NCBI GenBank assembly: GCA_038087875.1
Contig: CM075987.1
Coordinates: 20,336,001 to 20,400,000 of the forward strand
Reading direction: 5' to 3'
DNA from: Malacoraja senta
Lineage: Eukaryota
Length of the DNA: 64,000 nucleotides
Of the stretch, positions 35,621 through 48,470 are shown in pieces. The notes beneath the pieces were generated by a model. It was not told the DNA's origin. It was given only the letters and a program-made list of their open reading frames with translations, and ran no database searches. Position 1 is the first letter of the stretch, and each line of letters opens with the position of its first letter. Both the position numbers and the translations under genes were made by a program.

Positions 35621-36802
35621 ATCCCCTGAAGTCTTCTGGCATCCTTCTCAGGGCCCCAGCCCACTGCCACCCAGCTTTGCATCGTTAGCCATCATGGATA
35701 TATTACTCTTGATATCTTCCTCTAAATTGTTGATGTACATGGTGAACAGCTGGTGCTCCCTTGGTGCTCCCAAACTAAATATAATCCATTTACAGTATTC
35801 CCACTCTCTATTTTCTCTTGCAATTCATGCCATATGTTGCCCCCTAAGTTGTGTGCTTTAATATTGTTAAATAACTTCTTTCACAACACCTAATTGAAGA
35901 CCTTCTGAAAGTGCAAATATAACACACAATTAGTTCATCTTAAAGCAGCGTTTCAATCTCAATAAATATTTTTGTGAAACATTATCTTCCTTTTAAAAAT
36001 ATATCTTAACTGCCTAAATCCAGTTATTTTCAAAGTGCTATATTATCACATCCTCAGTAATGAGTTCCAGCATTTTCCCTATCACTGATATTGCACTATT
36101 CTCCGTCCCTGACAGCAGTGGATGCCCATTCCATGAGTTTGTTGAAGACTGAGATTTGAAGATGAGATTGATGGATTTTTAGAATGCAGGGGATATGAAG
36201 ATGGGGTTGAGGAATAAGATCTGCCATGATCTTGAATGATGAAGTAGATTCAAAGAATTTTGTGACCAGCATCTACTTGTATTTCTTAGGCTCTCTTATG
36301 TTCTAATTGTTGATCATTTTTCAGAGATGTGTTGTAGTAAAAATATTATTGCATTTGAATGTAAGTATTTGGGATAGCGGTATTTTTTTTAAAAACTCCA
36401 CTTTTGATGAAACATTATTTGGCTTTCATGTATGACGTTAATCATCCCACCTCCCCCTGCCTGCTACCCCCCACCTTATTCCCTCAAAATATCAAGTTAT
36501 TCCTGCAGATGCAAGTGACAGAAATATTGTATGCTGTCACAGTCATGCAAGTGCATTTTTCTTTCACCCATTGATTTGACCCGGCACAGATAGACAAACA
36601 TTTTATGACCTTTCATTGTCCTTGGGTAAACTATAGGCAAAGCTAGGGATTAAGTAATGTGAAAATCAAGTTGAGACTAAATAGTACATTGGCTGTGATT
36701 TTACTGATTGGCAGAGCAAGTTTGATGATCCATTTCCCCCTGCTCATGTATAATATCACTGTATCCCTAAGTTCTTTGGCACCAGTACATTTCCACATCA
36801 TT

Positions 36803-37135
36803 TGGGCAGCACAGCAGTGCAATTTGTAGAGCCACTGAGTAGACCCAGGTTCAATCCTGACCTCAGGTGCTGTCTGTGTGGAATTTGCACATTCTTCCTG
36901 TGATCGTGTGTGTTTCCAAATGCATCACAAAGACGTGCGAGTTTGTAGGTTAATTGGCCTCTGTAAATTGCTCCCTGTGTGTTGCTGGCTGGTGGAATCT
37001 GGGGGGAATTTATAACAATATGGAGAGCATAAAGTTGGATTAGATTACTTTTGGATCAGTGTAAATGGGTGGTTGATGGTCAGTGTGGACTCAGGGGGGC
37101 AAAGTGCCTGTTTTCATGCTGTGTTTCTCTATCTC
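36803..37135 (+). mobile_element. tRNA-derived V-SINE (HE1-like)
   Basis: B-box ggttcaatcc, V-domain gtgtggaatttgcacattcttcctgtg, CR1-like tail. Confidence 0.72.
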
Positions 37136-37646
37136 TGTTTGTGTTCAACCTGTATGACTGTCTTTATATACCTGTAAAAGCACTTTTTTGCCTTCCCCTA
37201 TACTGACATTCTTGATAGCCCCACAGCCATGTTAATACTGGCAGTCTTGTATCTAGCCCGCCTGCAAATATTGCTCGCATCTTCTTTTTTCTCGACACCT
37301 TCTCACCTCAAATGGAATATTATCCTTCTCTCAGAACAGTATTCATTCTGGACCTGAAAAAGGGTCGAAACGCCGCCAGTTCATTCCCTTCACAGTTGCT
37401 GCTTGACCCCCTGAGTTTGTCCAGCACTCTGTGCTTTGCTCAAGATTCCAGCAACTATAGCTTCTTGTATCCACATACTGTATATCAGAACCCACAAACG
37501 GCGTTCAAAACATACAATCGGTTAAAATTCTCGATCTCACAAAACCAAGCTGCCCAAACTTTGCAGCATCATGAGTTAACGGTAGCAGCAGCAACTGGTT
37601 AGTGATGCAAAGAGAGGGACTTGTAGAAAGGGCAATCTAGAATATA

Positions 37647-38885
37647 CTAGACTAAGTGGGACCCGTTGGGTCCCAGCATCACACGGGAGGGCTGGTCCCC
37701 CAACGCAATATTCCACCTCTCCACCAATTCCAATATTGGTGGCCAGTGGGGGGGGCTTTCTTGAGCACTAGTATGGTGTTGTGGGCTGAAAGGACTGGTT
37801 TCCAGAGGGCTAGTAAAGACATTGTGGGCCGAATGGATTCTTGGGCTGGCGGCTCAGTCACTCAAGCCTGTTATGCTGGCAGCTCACTCACTCACAACTG
37901 GTGGGCTGGCAGTTGACACGGCTATTCCTTGAAAATCCATTTCAAGCAGGGTGCAAGGCCACCAAATTCAAGTGCAGTTTCATACCATTTCAAGCAGGGT
38001 GCAAGGTCACTAAAGACAGCGAGTCATGACCTCTCCCTCCTCCATCTTGCAGAGACTGAGCCACACTCACACATCTGGGTTTTATAGCCCCTCCCCCCCA
38101 CCTGAAGGGGTGTGGCCTTCATGGTGTGATTGACAGGAGAGAGAATCTCAACATTTTTAAAACACTCATTCTTTTATTTTTCATCGATGGGAAAAATCCT
38201 CGACACCTGATGAGTGGAGGGGGACTCTGAGTAAGATGGCCAAAAATCACAGCCGTACGTGGCAGCATTTTTTCTAAAATCAATATAAAGCACAAACAGG
38301 AAGTGGTCAAGATTAGACTTTTAATTATATAGAAGGCAAGGCAACTTTAATTAGGCAAGGCAACTTTAATTAGGCAGCACAGCTTTAGCATTTCCAAACC
38401 AAAGGCAACACAGCTTTCGCATTTCCAAACCAAAGGCAACACAGCTTTAGCATTTCCAAACCAAAGGCAACACAGCTTTAACATTTCCAAACTATATTTT
38501 CAAACCACATTAAGGGCACTGACAGGTCAGTAAAACCACTCACAGTTTAGTAGACATGTGTTCAGTGTTATTCACAGCTCAGACAGAGACGTAACCTTCT
38601 CGCTCCCCCATCTTGCAGAGACTGACTGAGGCACTCAACACTTCCGGGTTTTATAGTCCCTCCGGAAGGGGCGTGGCCTTCAGGAGAGAGAATCTCAACA
38701 TTCTTCAAACACTAACAACTCTTTTATTTTTCATCGATGAGAAAAATTCTCTTGTCCTGCGCAGCGGAGGGGGACTCTGCTAAGTAAGATGGCCAAAAGT
38801 CACAGCCGTAAGTGGCAGCGTTTTTTCTAAAATCAATATACAGAACAACAGGAAGTGGTCAAGATCAGACTTTTAGTAATATAGA
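37647..38885 (-). mobile_element. Non-autonomous Helitron with duplicated 5' region
   Basis: On the minus strand: 5' end A|TCTATATTACTAAAAGTC and 3' end GGGACCC-AAC-GGGTCCC-acttagt-CTAG|T. A second 5'-like terminus lies at 38333. Confidence 0.88.
38378..38492 (+). repeat. 31-bp tandem minisatellite (3.7 copies) inside the Helitron
   Basis: cacagctttagcatttccaaaccaaaggcaa repeated head-to-tail without spacers. Confidence 0.95.
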
Positions 38886-39008
38886 TAGGATAGGGGGCTG
38901 ATCAGGAGAACTTTGGTATTTGAAAAGGATCCCATTTATCTTCTGCACAGTTCTGACAAGCCTGCGTTTACAAGAGCTATTTTATTTTTTGTTTTCTTCC
39001 GTCTCACC

Positions 39009-39961
39009 TCTATACCTATAAAAGTCTCATCTTGTATGCGTGTGTATGTGTTTTTGCCAAAACGCTACGCGGTAGTGATTAAATTTTTACATATTCTGAC
39101 TCACATGTTTCCCCTCACGCAGTGATCCGGTTCACTTATGATTTGATCCTATATTTCACAAGTTATTGGTGAATAATTTTTTTTTTAAAGACAAAACTGC
39201 CTTTTAAACTGACTTTCACACACAGATTCTTCAACTAGCTTCGACTGATGACGTCACAATGAGATGGGCGGGCACGATGGCTCGGGTCGGCGCCCGTTTC
39301 ACACACAGAATATTCCACCAACTTCGAGTGACGTCAGGTGGAGGGCTGCATTTCCAGAACATTCCTCAAACGCTTCACCACCTCCCCAACAGTCGAGCTG
39401 CTTCATTCTGACTGCTTGATGCCCACCCGCGGCCTTAGCTCGGGTCCACGCTAGCCCGTGGCCTCGCATGGATCCTCAGGTCCATGCCCTCCCATGGTCT
39501 CCCTCCTCACCGCCCCTCCCTCCCTCCCACACACTTCCCATCGCGGACCAAATATCATTTGAAAGTAATACGGCCAACTCTCAACACCGTGGTAAAGGAA
39601 TTCAATCCCACTTACAGACCAGCTTCTAAAGTTATTCAAGGTCATTCTCCAACTTCACATTCATGACAACAGCTCATAAACCACAGAGACTTCAATGCAC
39701 ATAGTTCTGAAGTTTGCTCTGAGTAAGAGAAGGACCAAAATTGCAAAGCCATAAAGTTATCCCTTCCACCCCACAACCCCCCCCCCTCCTGTCCAAACAC
39801 CCCCCTCTCCCCCAACCCCCCCCCCCCACCCTGCCACACACACCCCCTGCCCCCCTCCCACCCCCGGGTTGCATTGGGGGAACAGGTTGCGTTGGAGGAA
39901 CGGGTGAATGCTGGAATATTGTGTTGGGCGAGCAGACCGGATGGGTCTGCACTTGGTCTAG
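39009..39961 (+). mobile_element. Non-autonomous Helitron
   Basis: 5' end TCTATACCTATAAAAGTCTC (preceding base is C, not A). 3' end hairpin GCAGACC-GGATG-GGTCTGC then acttggt-CTAG|T. Confidence 0.82.
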
Positions 39962-41844
39962 TTTTTATTAAAAGTATTGAAGATGGGAATAAAAGCCTGA
40001 ATGAATGGGTACAGTGAATGCAACAGGGAGAGCAAATGGGAATTTAAAAATAGGCAGAAATCTCTAGTTTATTTGATGAGTTGAATATCATAAACATAAG
40101 ATACCTATGATTTTTTAGATATTCTCAACTTCTGGAACTTTTGCCATATTTTAAATCTATACCATCTGGTTGTTTTGTGCATACAGTTTCCACAGTAGAG
40201 CAAAAAAAAATCAAACCAAGGCTTCTGAATCACAACCTAACAAACAGATGTTTCTAAAGACCTGTTGCTCTGATTTAATCAGATTGATTAACATGGTTTA
40301 GATCATAAGATGATTTAGTTGCATCAAACCAATTTTGTAAATAAGATTGTTGCTGGTTAATGTACTCAGACTGATTATACCACCTGTGACAATGTCAAGA
40401 GTTCCTCGTGCTGTTCCTCCACATTTGCTTGTCCAGTGTATTTGACCATTAGGATGTCAATGCAGGTGGATTTTAATGTCTTATGTATGCCACAGGTTAA
40501 AAGAAGAGAGAAATCCTAAAGAGACAAGAGACAAGAGGAAGAGGGACATGTATTAATGCTGCTAGTTTTCAATTCACTTACATGACGAAGGACTTTTCTC
40601 TGCAATCTAAAAACAGGTATGTAGAAAGAATTAGTAATGGTCTGCAAGGAGAAGACTTGCGTTATGGATAACAACATTTGTTTTTGGTATGGAACCATTT
40701 CTATGGGCTGTGTAGAAAACAGAGCAGTAAGTTGGTTAGGTTGTGTATCAAAAGCCCTAGTTTGATTTTTTTTTTTGTACTTTACTTTAGAAACTGCTTG
40801 ATCAAAAATCATAGGGCACAAATTTAAAACATTGGGCAAAAAGACCAGAGGAAAGATTAAATTATTTTAAGCGCAGAATATGAAATGGAGCGTCTAAAAA
40901 GGCAATGGAAACATAGACAGCAGTGACATGTAAAACAGAATTAGTTAGGCTGGAAAAGGATTGTTTTACAGAGCTATGGGGGAATGTAATTGTAATAACA
41001 TTTGGAAACTAAGCAACTTTGCTTTGTATTCAAATTCCTCATTGTATCAGAATAAGAGAATGGGAGAAGGTTGAGTTACAATGACAAACAGCATTCTATT
41101 CTCCGATGTGATACATGGCTTTAACTCCAGTAACTTGGGAACCGTGTGGTTTGTTTCTTATGATTCATTACCAAACCCTCTAGAATTTTTATTTCAGATC
41201 TAGCTCACAGCATTATCCTAAAGATCAGTCTTTAATTACTAGAAACTCTTAGTAATTTTTCCATCCTAAACATTACACTGCAGCTAAGATTGATTTCATT
41301 CTATTCTCAAACACACAGAGGCATTGAGAACAATGAGCGATTTTATTCTTTGTTTTCTTTGGTCATGTTGTTATTTGTTATGAAATATATTGGAGGTGGG
41401 AATAAAAGCCTGACGGAATGAGTGGGGGTAAGTGGAACGGGGATGGCAAGCGATGAGTTCTCTCCAATTCTCCAGAATGTCAATAATAGAGTTGAAAATC
41501 TTTGTGTTTATTCCGGTTTAATCTGACGATTTTTGTTAATATCCTCTAGTGAACACCGTGGAAAATATGAGGTACTTATGAACTGTTTTACATGCCCTAG
41601 ATATTAAGGAAGTCAAAGGATATGATGTTAATGCAGTGAAGTCTCAGTGTCTGCAGGGAATAATAGAGCAGTCATGAGGGGGCAAATGGCTTCCTCTGGC
41701 TTCTATTATTGAATGGTCTGTTTTATTCTGATAGTGAGATTATGGACATGAAAATCTAGCTGGGTTAAAAGAGTGAGCAAACATCTGGCAAATGGAGTAT
41801 ATTGTGGGAAAATGTAAAATTATAAATTTTTGCATGAATATTGC

Positions 41845-42900
41845 CTGTTGGTCCACAATATCTGTGCCAATAATGATGACCAGTTAAACTAATTTCCTCT
41901 GCCTGTACTATGATCCTTATCCCTCTATACCCATGTTCCTATCAAAAAGCCTCTTAAATGCCACTACCACCCCTGGCAACATGTCCCCGGCACCCACCAC
42001 TTTCTGTGTAAACAAAAATCTCCACATATCTACTTTAAATTTCCCCCTCTGACCTCAAAGCTATGCCCTCCCTACCTTATTTATAATTCATAATTTTGTA
42101 AATTATATCAAGTGTCCTCTCAACCTCCAATGCTCTGGAGAATACAATCCAAGTTTTCCAATCTCTTCTTTTAGCTAATATCGTCTATTCAGGCAGCATT
42201 CTGGTAAACCTCTTCTGCATTTTCACCATAGCCTCCACACCCTTCCTGTGTGAGAAACAGTGCTGGAGGAACTCAAAACGGCAGGCAGTATCTGTGGAGG
42301 TAATGGACGGACATTGTTTCAGGTTGGGACAGTTCTTCAATCTAAAGAAGAGTCTTGAACCGAAATGTCATCTATCCATTCCCTCCACGGATGTTGCCTG
42401 ACCTGCCAAGTTCCCCCAGCACTTTTTTTTTTGCTCAGGATTCCAGCATCTGCAGTTTCTTGTGCCTACACCATTCCTGTAGTGGGGCGACCAGAACTAC
42501 ACACAATACTCCAAATGCGGTCCAACCAAAGTTTGACAAAGCTGTAAAGTGTGACACCTCACACTTGCTTGCATTAAACTACATCTGCCATACATCCACC
42601 CATACCTGAAACTGATCTATATCCTGCAGCGTTGATACCCTTGAGTTAGCCGTTCTGAATCAAAACTACCATGTCATCATGGATCCCATGCATCTTAATC
42701 TTCTGGATCGGCCTACCTTGAGGGACTTTATCAAATGGCCAACTTACGTGTATGTGGACAATATCCACTGCTACACCTCATCAATCACCTGTGACACCCA
42801 CTCAAAAACTCAGTCAGGTTAGTAAGTCATGACCTGCCACAGACAAAACCATGCGAGCTGTTCTTAATTATCCCATTCTCTCCCAAATGTGAGTAAATGT
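41845..42900 (-). mobile_element. Decayed CR1 LINE interrupted by a Penelope-derived fold-back (42250-42467)
   Basis: CR1 3'-end and RT-region sequence on the minus strand. The insert is flanked by acacc(c/a)ttcctgt at 42237-42249 and 42468-42480. Confidence 0.72.
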
Positions 42901-45049
42901 ATTGAAACATATTGACTTTAGATGAGAGATTGTAGGGCCCCAAAGTGCTAAGGGGTATAGTGCATGATTTGCAAAAAAAAATGCCTGTATGCAGATACAG
43001 TAAGTAACCTGGAATGTTAGGGATTACGAATTGTTACTGTTCATTGTCATTGTCAATGAATACAAATGTAGGGCCTTCTGTTTCAGTTATGTAGAGCCAT
43101 GATGAAACCGTGTCTGCAATACTGATCTTATTCAAAGAGATTCCTGTCATGGAATCAGGTCAATAAAGGTTCACAGTACAAATACCTAGAATGGACAGGT
43201 TATCCTAAAAGGACAGGGTTGGTTACAGGCGGTTTGTATCTGCTTGAATCTAAAAGAGTGAGAGGGGTCTTCACTGAAACGTAATATTCTGAGGGGTGTC
43301 GACAGCTGCATGCAGAACAGCTGTTTTCTTTTGGGGGGGAGGGGGGGATCTATAATTAGGGGCTGAGATTACAGCCAGAGCAGACATGATTTTATTGAAC
43401 GGCAGAACAGTCATGAGGGTCTATTCCTAGTCCTGCTCCTCCTTCATTTGTTCTAGCTCCCAGATAGTTCACTTATATTTCCCTCTTGTTATTCAGTCAC
43501 TTGATTTAAAGATCATAATGATGAATTAATGTCACCAATAATTGGTTCCAATTTGGAGAAATGGCAAGAGCAGTGAGGCTTTGAAAAGATTTAGAACAAC
43601 TTACTTAGGACATTTCCAACAGTTTATATCCAATATATTACTTTATATTACACTGTTGTTAGGCAGGCAGCTAATATACCTGCAGCTCAGTCCCACAAAC
43701 AACTGTAAAGTGTAGACACAAGGAAGTGCAGAATATGCTGGGTTACCAAAAATGATATACATTGGTGGAGTAACTCATCATTCGGGCAGCATCTCTAGAG
43801 AACATGAATAGGTAACGTTTTGTGTTGGGACCCTTCATCAGACTGTAAGGTATTAGTTATCTAAATTCAAAATTTGCTTTCTGCCATTTGTCAGATTTTG
43901 TGTGTAAAATGGCTGTCACTTTTCTGAATTTCAACAGGGCGTAGATTTCAAAGTTGTCTTAAAAAATCAAAATGCAATGACATCCGGAAATCTGAGATAA
44001 AAACAATGGGTTTACACACTTGTGGAACAGTTAATGCTAGCTGAATTATTGTGGTGTGCAAGGAGTGTGAAGGAGGAGAGGGTACTGTTTTTGCAGTCAG
44101 GCTACCAAGGAAAATAGGTTTCCTTCAGATCCTGTTTAATTTAAGGACTGTACCTTATTCACATGTTTGGATTCTGTAATCAGAAGAGTTGGGAGGTGGG
44201 GATAGTTGGGAGGGCAGAGACAAGGGGTGGTTGAGTGCCAGGGAGATGAGTAGATTTGGGATGGAAGAAGGGGTAGAGAGAATGGAGGATCCTGGATGGG
44301 ACATCATATATAATAATCACAATGCCCGGAAGTGAACTTCAGTTATGTGGAGAGAGTACAGTGCCAAGTTTCTTTAAAGCAACCTGAATGGTTGCTCTAA
44401 TGTTGTGAGTGTTGTCAGCCTCAAGGTCCAACTCCCAGGCAACTAGAATAAAACAGTGAAGATCAAGGGGCCACTTATTAGAAGTATTCAGAATCACAAG
44501 GACTTTTGTAAGGGTGTGGAAAACAAAAATGTTTCTATGGGGAAGAGTATCAATATCCAGTGGACACGGATTGAAAATAGTTAGCAAAAGAACAAAATGA
44601 AGATGTGAATGTTTTAATGTACAAAGTTGTTGTGATGTGAAATGAATCATCTCAAGGGCTGAGGAATCAAATTCTAAGGTAACGTTCAAAAGAACTGGAT
44701 ATTTATCAGGAGCGGGAAAAATTTGTAAGGTTTTTAAAGGAAGAGTGCGAAGGTTTGCCCTTTAATTACCGACTGTGTGCTTTGATGTGGTATGATTATA
44801 TAAGGACACTATTGAGGGAATTCTGAGGTTGTGTGAAGTGGGATGTAAATGTTCTTTCCATTGGACACTGGCCTCTGCCTCACAGTCACAGCTGGAGATG
44901 GAAATGCGGAACTGGAGCAAGGATTTCCAGGCTTGGCTGTAAGAAGCACATCTGTCACTTTGACACTCGTTGTTATGATGTAGGGGTATTTTTCTGCTCG
45001 ATGTTTTGTTGGAAGACACCTGCAGCACTGAAAGAAATGGGTGCTTGAA

Positions 45050-45400
45050 GTTACCTGGCAACATGATTGTTTATTGCCGAGTGCATGATTATAAGGTGGA
45101 GTGAGAACGCAGGAATCAGCTGCAATGCTGTCAATATTCACGCTGCTGACTGGAGCTTTTTATTCTGGCACAGTCTGAAAACCCTGCCCTGCACCATTCC
45201 ATTCATGCATGAGGCAAAATCTTACCTTTTAATTTTTTTTAATGTACATGGTCAGAAAAACAGTTTTTTTTAAATCAATAAAAGGGATAAATATTTTTTA
45301 AAGATCTAGTTTCGGAGGCTGCAAATGAGCAAACATTCAGCAGCCTGAAATCTGGCCACCCCTGCTAGAATTTATATAAAGGTTCAGCCCACAAGCTCTT
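45050..45400 (+). promoter_or_regulatory. Putative PIP5KL1 promoter: X-box-like palindrome and TATA box
   Basis: GTTACCTGGCAAC at 45050-45062 fits the RFX X-box consensus. TATATAAA at 45373-45380 lies ~290 nt upstream of the proposed start codon. Confidence 0.45.
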
Positions 45401-45666
45401 GATCCAGCAGCTAATAGTGATGGATTTTTGTGTCTGCAAGTTTGAGTGGTACAGGCATAGCCTGGAATGAACAGTTATCTTGTACTCGGAGAAACTGCAT
45501 TGAAGACCTTACGGTCTGACGAGTTGCAGGCTCAAGAGAGATTAACTAGCAAGGAAGATGCCAGAAAGGAGAGTCATTATCAACTCAGCCTAGCCCTTGG
45601 GAGCTTAGAGAAATAACCGCGTTAATCAGATCAGATCAAGACAGACTCCCGTCAACATCTTGCATT

Positions 45667-45678
45667 ATGGCCGAAGAG
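45667..45678 (+). CDS. PIP5KL1: PIP5KL1 putative first coding exon (MAEE)
   Basis: attATGG Kozak context, ATG GCC GAA GAG|GTAAGT consensus donor, phase 0 matching exon 61490. Supported by position and splice signals only. Confidence 0.55.
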
Positions 45679-48099
45679 GTAAGTAAAATTAATTGAAAAC
45701 TCTCAAATCTCTGAATATCTTGAAAAGATTATTGGATTTTTTATTATTTACTATTGAATAATCATAATGAGAATACATTGGATTTTGTAGCCAAACTTAC
45801 ACTTTTCATTTATAACATTTAAGTGTGGCAAGCATCTGTTACTTGAAGATGCAAGGAAATGGATTCACAGATTTTTGCACAAATATTCCAATCTTGCTTT
45901 GCAGAGCAATGCAGTTACTTCACTGCAGATGTTGTTTGATTGTGTGTAAAATAATCTCATTTTGAAAGCTTCTAGAACTTCAAGTTAGAACTACAAAATA
46001 ACGTGGTGAACAATACATTTGGGCAATGTTTCAAAAGTAACTCCTAACTGGGCACATTGACAGCTGTGTGGAAGCACAGAGGTTAGGTTACGGGGCTAGC
46101 AGTAGAGTCCTGGACTAATAATCCAGGGGAATGAGGTTAATCTAATCATGATACTGAGGATTTTAAATTCAAGTAATTAAATAAATCAAGAATCAATGTT
46201 AGTTTCAGGAACCAAAACCATGAAAATACCAGACTGTCTTAAAACCCATCTAGTTCGCTAATTTCCTTCAGGAGTTGAAATGTGCCAACCTTACTCAGAT
46301 TGGCCAATGATTCAAGACCCGCCAACCTGGTTGATGTCTGAAGAAGGGTCCTGACCAGGAGCATCGTCTGAACATTCCCTCCATGGATGCTGGCTGACCT
46401 GCTGAGTTCCTCCAGCACTTTGTCTTTTGGTCGATGCCTGATTGCGTCCTTGTTCGGGGCAGCGAGGGATGGACAATAAATGTTGAGGTTTCCAGCGGTA
46501 TCCACATTCTGTGAATAATCATTTTTATAAAGGGAGAAGGAAGAAAAATGAAATTAGGAATTGCGATTAGTTCTATCAATTAAAAATCATTATTACGGCA
46601 TAGGTTATTGCTTTTGATGTGATAAAAAGTTTAACGGATAGGTGTATAATTACATAATATCTACAGAAGCTCACCATTTAGTCCAATTGACAACACCCAG
46701 TGTTTTGGATCTGTGACAGTTCCCTCTCTCCCACTTCATTTCTAATTTAACAGCAAGTCCCATTTATTTATTTCTCCTGTGGTTATCAAGCTTTTAGTTA
46801 AATGTCTAAGTGCTAATGGTTTCTCTCAACAGCTTTTTGTGGGGCAAGTTTCAAATCCTTGCCAGCCTCCAAGTGAACTTTCTTCTGAATTATCCAGGTT
46901 CTGTAGGAAAAAAGAAGCGGCTCAAAGGGCTGGAAGACCTATCTCTGTTCCCATGTTGTGCCTTTCTTGTTGCATTTTCCCTCATCTATAATCAATCACA
47001 AGCAGTGTATTTATGATCAGTTTCACTTACTATTAATTTCTGAGCCTAAGTAATGCACAAATAGAGGTTCCATTGGCCTATCTGTCCATCATCCCATCTG
47101 GCTATGGTAACACTGCTTTTAGGAAGGCATTACGGGATTTTGGCTCCGTTTGCCTATAGAGGAGACCTATCTAGTTGCTAGATTATATATTGAAACGTTT
47201 CCTGATACCAGCAATGACCTCGGCAATGACAAGTTTGTATCTGTGCCGTAAAATTGTCACTTATTCTGAAATTTTACAGAATTAACCTCTGTCATTCCAT
47301 TTAATATTTAACATTCTCATCATTTCAAAACTAAAATGAATTTTTAGGCCACGATTTCACCCGATACAAGAAGAAAAATTGGATCTTAAATCAACCAGCA
47401 ATGATTGAATGGAAAAAGGCTTGTATCACTCCTGCTAGTATGTTCCTTCAGAAAGCTCTTTCTCATTGACTTCCTTTCAATGAAATGAAGAATCTGAATT
47501 TTCCAAAACCCTTTCCTCACAACAATTCTCTGACACCAGAGAGGACCTTCTCTGGTTTGCTTCCCTTTACGTGGTTCCCTCCACTACGCATAAAGGCCAG
47601 CACTGGATGGCAGACCCAGGCACCGTGTTGTGCGATCATGAAAGTACCAGGTTTGCTCAATGCTGATTTGGCAACTTTCTGAGTAGATATACTTTTCGGC
47701 TGCGTAATATTTTTATTTGGGCAAATTAACTTTCAAATGTGGTTGTAGATTTATTTTCAATACCACTGAGGACTTGCGTTCATTGGAGATCTTACACTGA
47801 CTCCTCCGTTCTAAATTCTATTCCTCACTCAATCATTATTGAATGTGGGGAGAAGATGCCTGGTGCACTCAGCTCTTCAGGAGAATGCAGCAACTTGGAA
47901 TAGAGATCTCAAAAATATCCACGTATGGATGACTGCTTCCCAGCATCTGAATGTGTTGCTCAAAGATTGACAAACAAGGCTTGGCTGATTCCCCCAGAGA
48001 TAGCACCCAGTTTCCATGTACACATTTCCATAAGGATATAAAGACAATGTTTAAAAAAATAATTATCACAAGGGTGACACCAGAGAGATTACACATAAT

Positions 48100-48470
48100 A
48101 GGAAAGATCTTGGGGTTTATAACAACATAGGCTGATGGGAGTATTTAAAGGCATGAGAGATTTTGAAAAGAGTAGATATATAGAAGGTATGGTGGAGAAG
48201 ATAAAACCAGTCACCAATAAATATAAGAGAGAACTCAGAAGAAACTTATTTTCCTTGAGAGTTATTAGAATATGGAACTCCGTGTCTTACAGAATAATTG
48301 AGGTGAATAACAAAGATGTGTTTAAGGAGAAGCTGGGTAAACATATGAGAGAGAAAGGAATAGAAGTTCTGCTGCTTGTATTAGATAAGGTCAGGTGGGA
48401 GCTGGTCCATGTGTAATTTAAACTCTGTCGTAAACTAGTTGAATTTAATGACCCTTGCTATGTTATACGT
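48100..48470 (+). mobile_element. Old CR1 LINE 3' end
   Basis: KRELRRNLFSLRVIRIWNSVSYRIIEVNNKDVFKEKLGKHMREKGIE. Confidence 0.7.

Noticed and set aside
38378-38492. 31-bp repeats resembling a CRISPR array
   Set aside because: Head-to-tail with no unique spacers, no cas genes, vertebrate context. It is a minisatellite.
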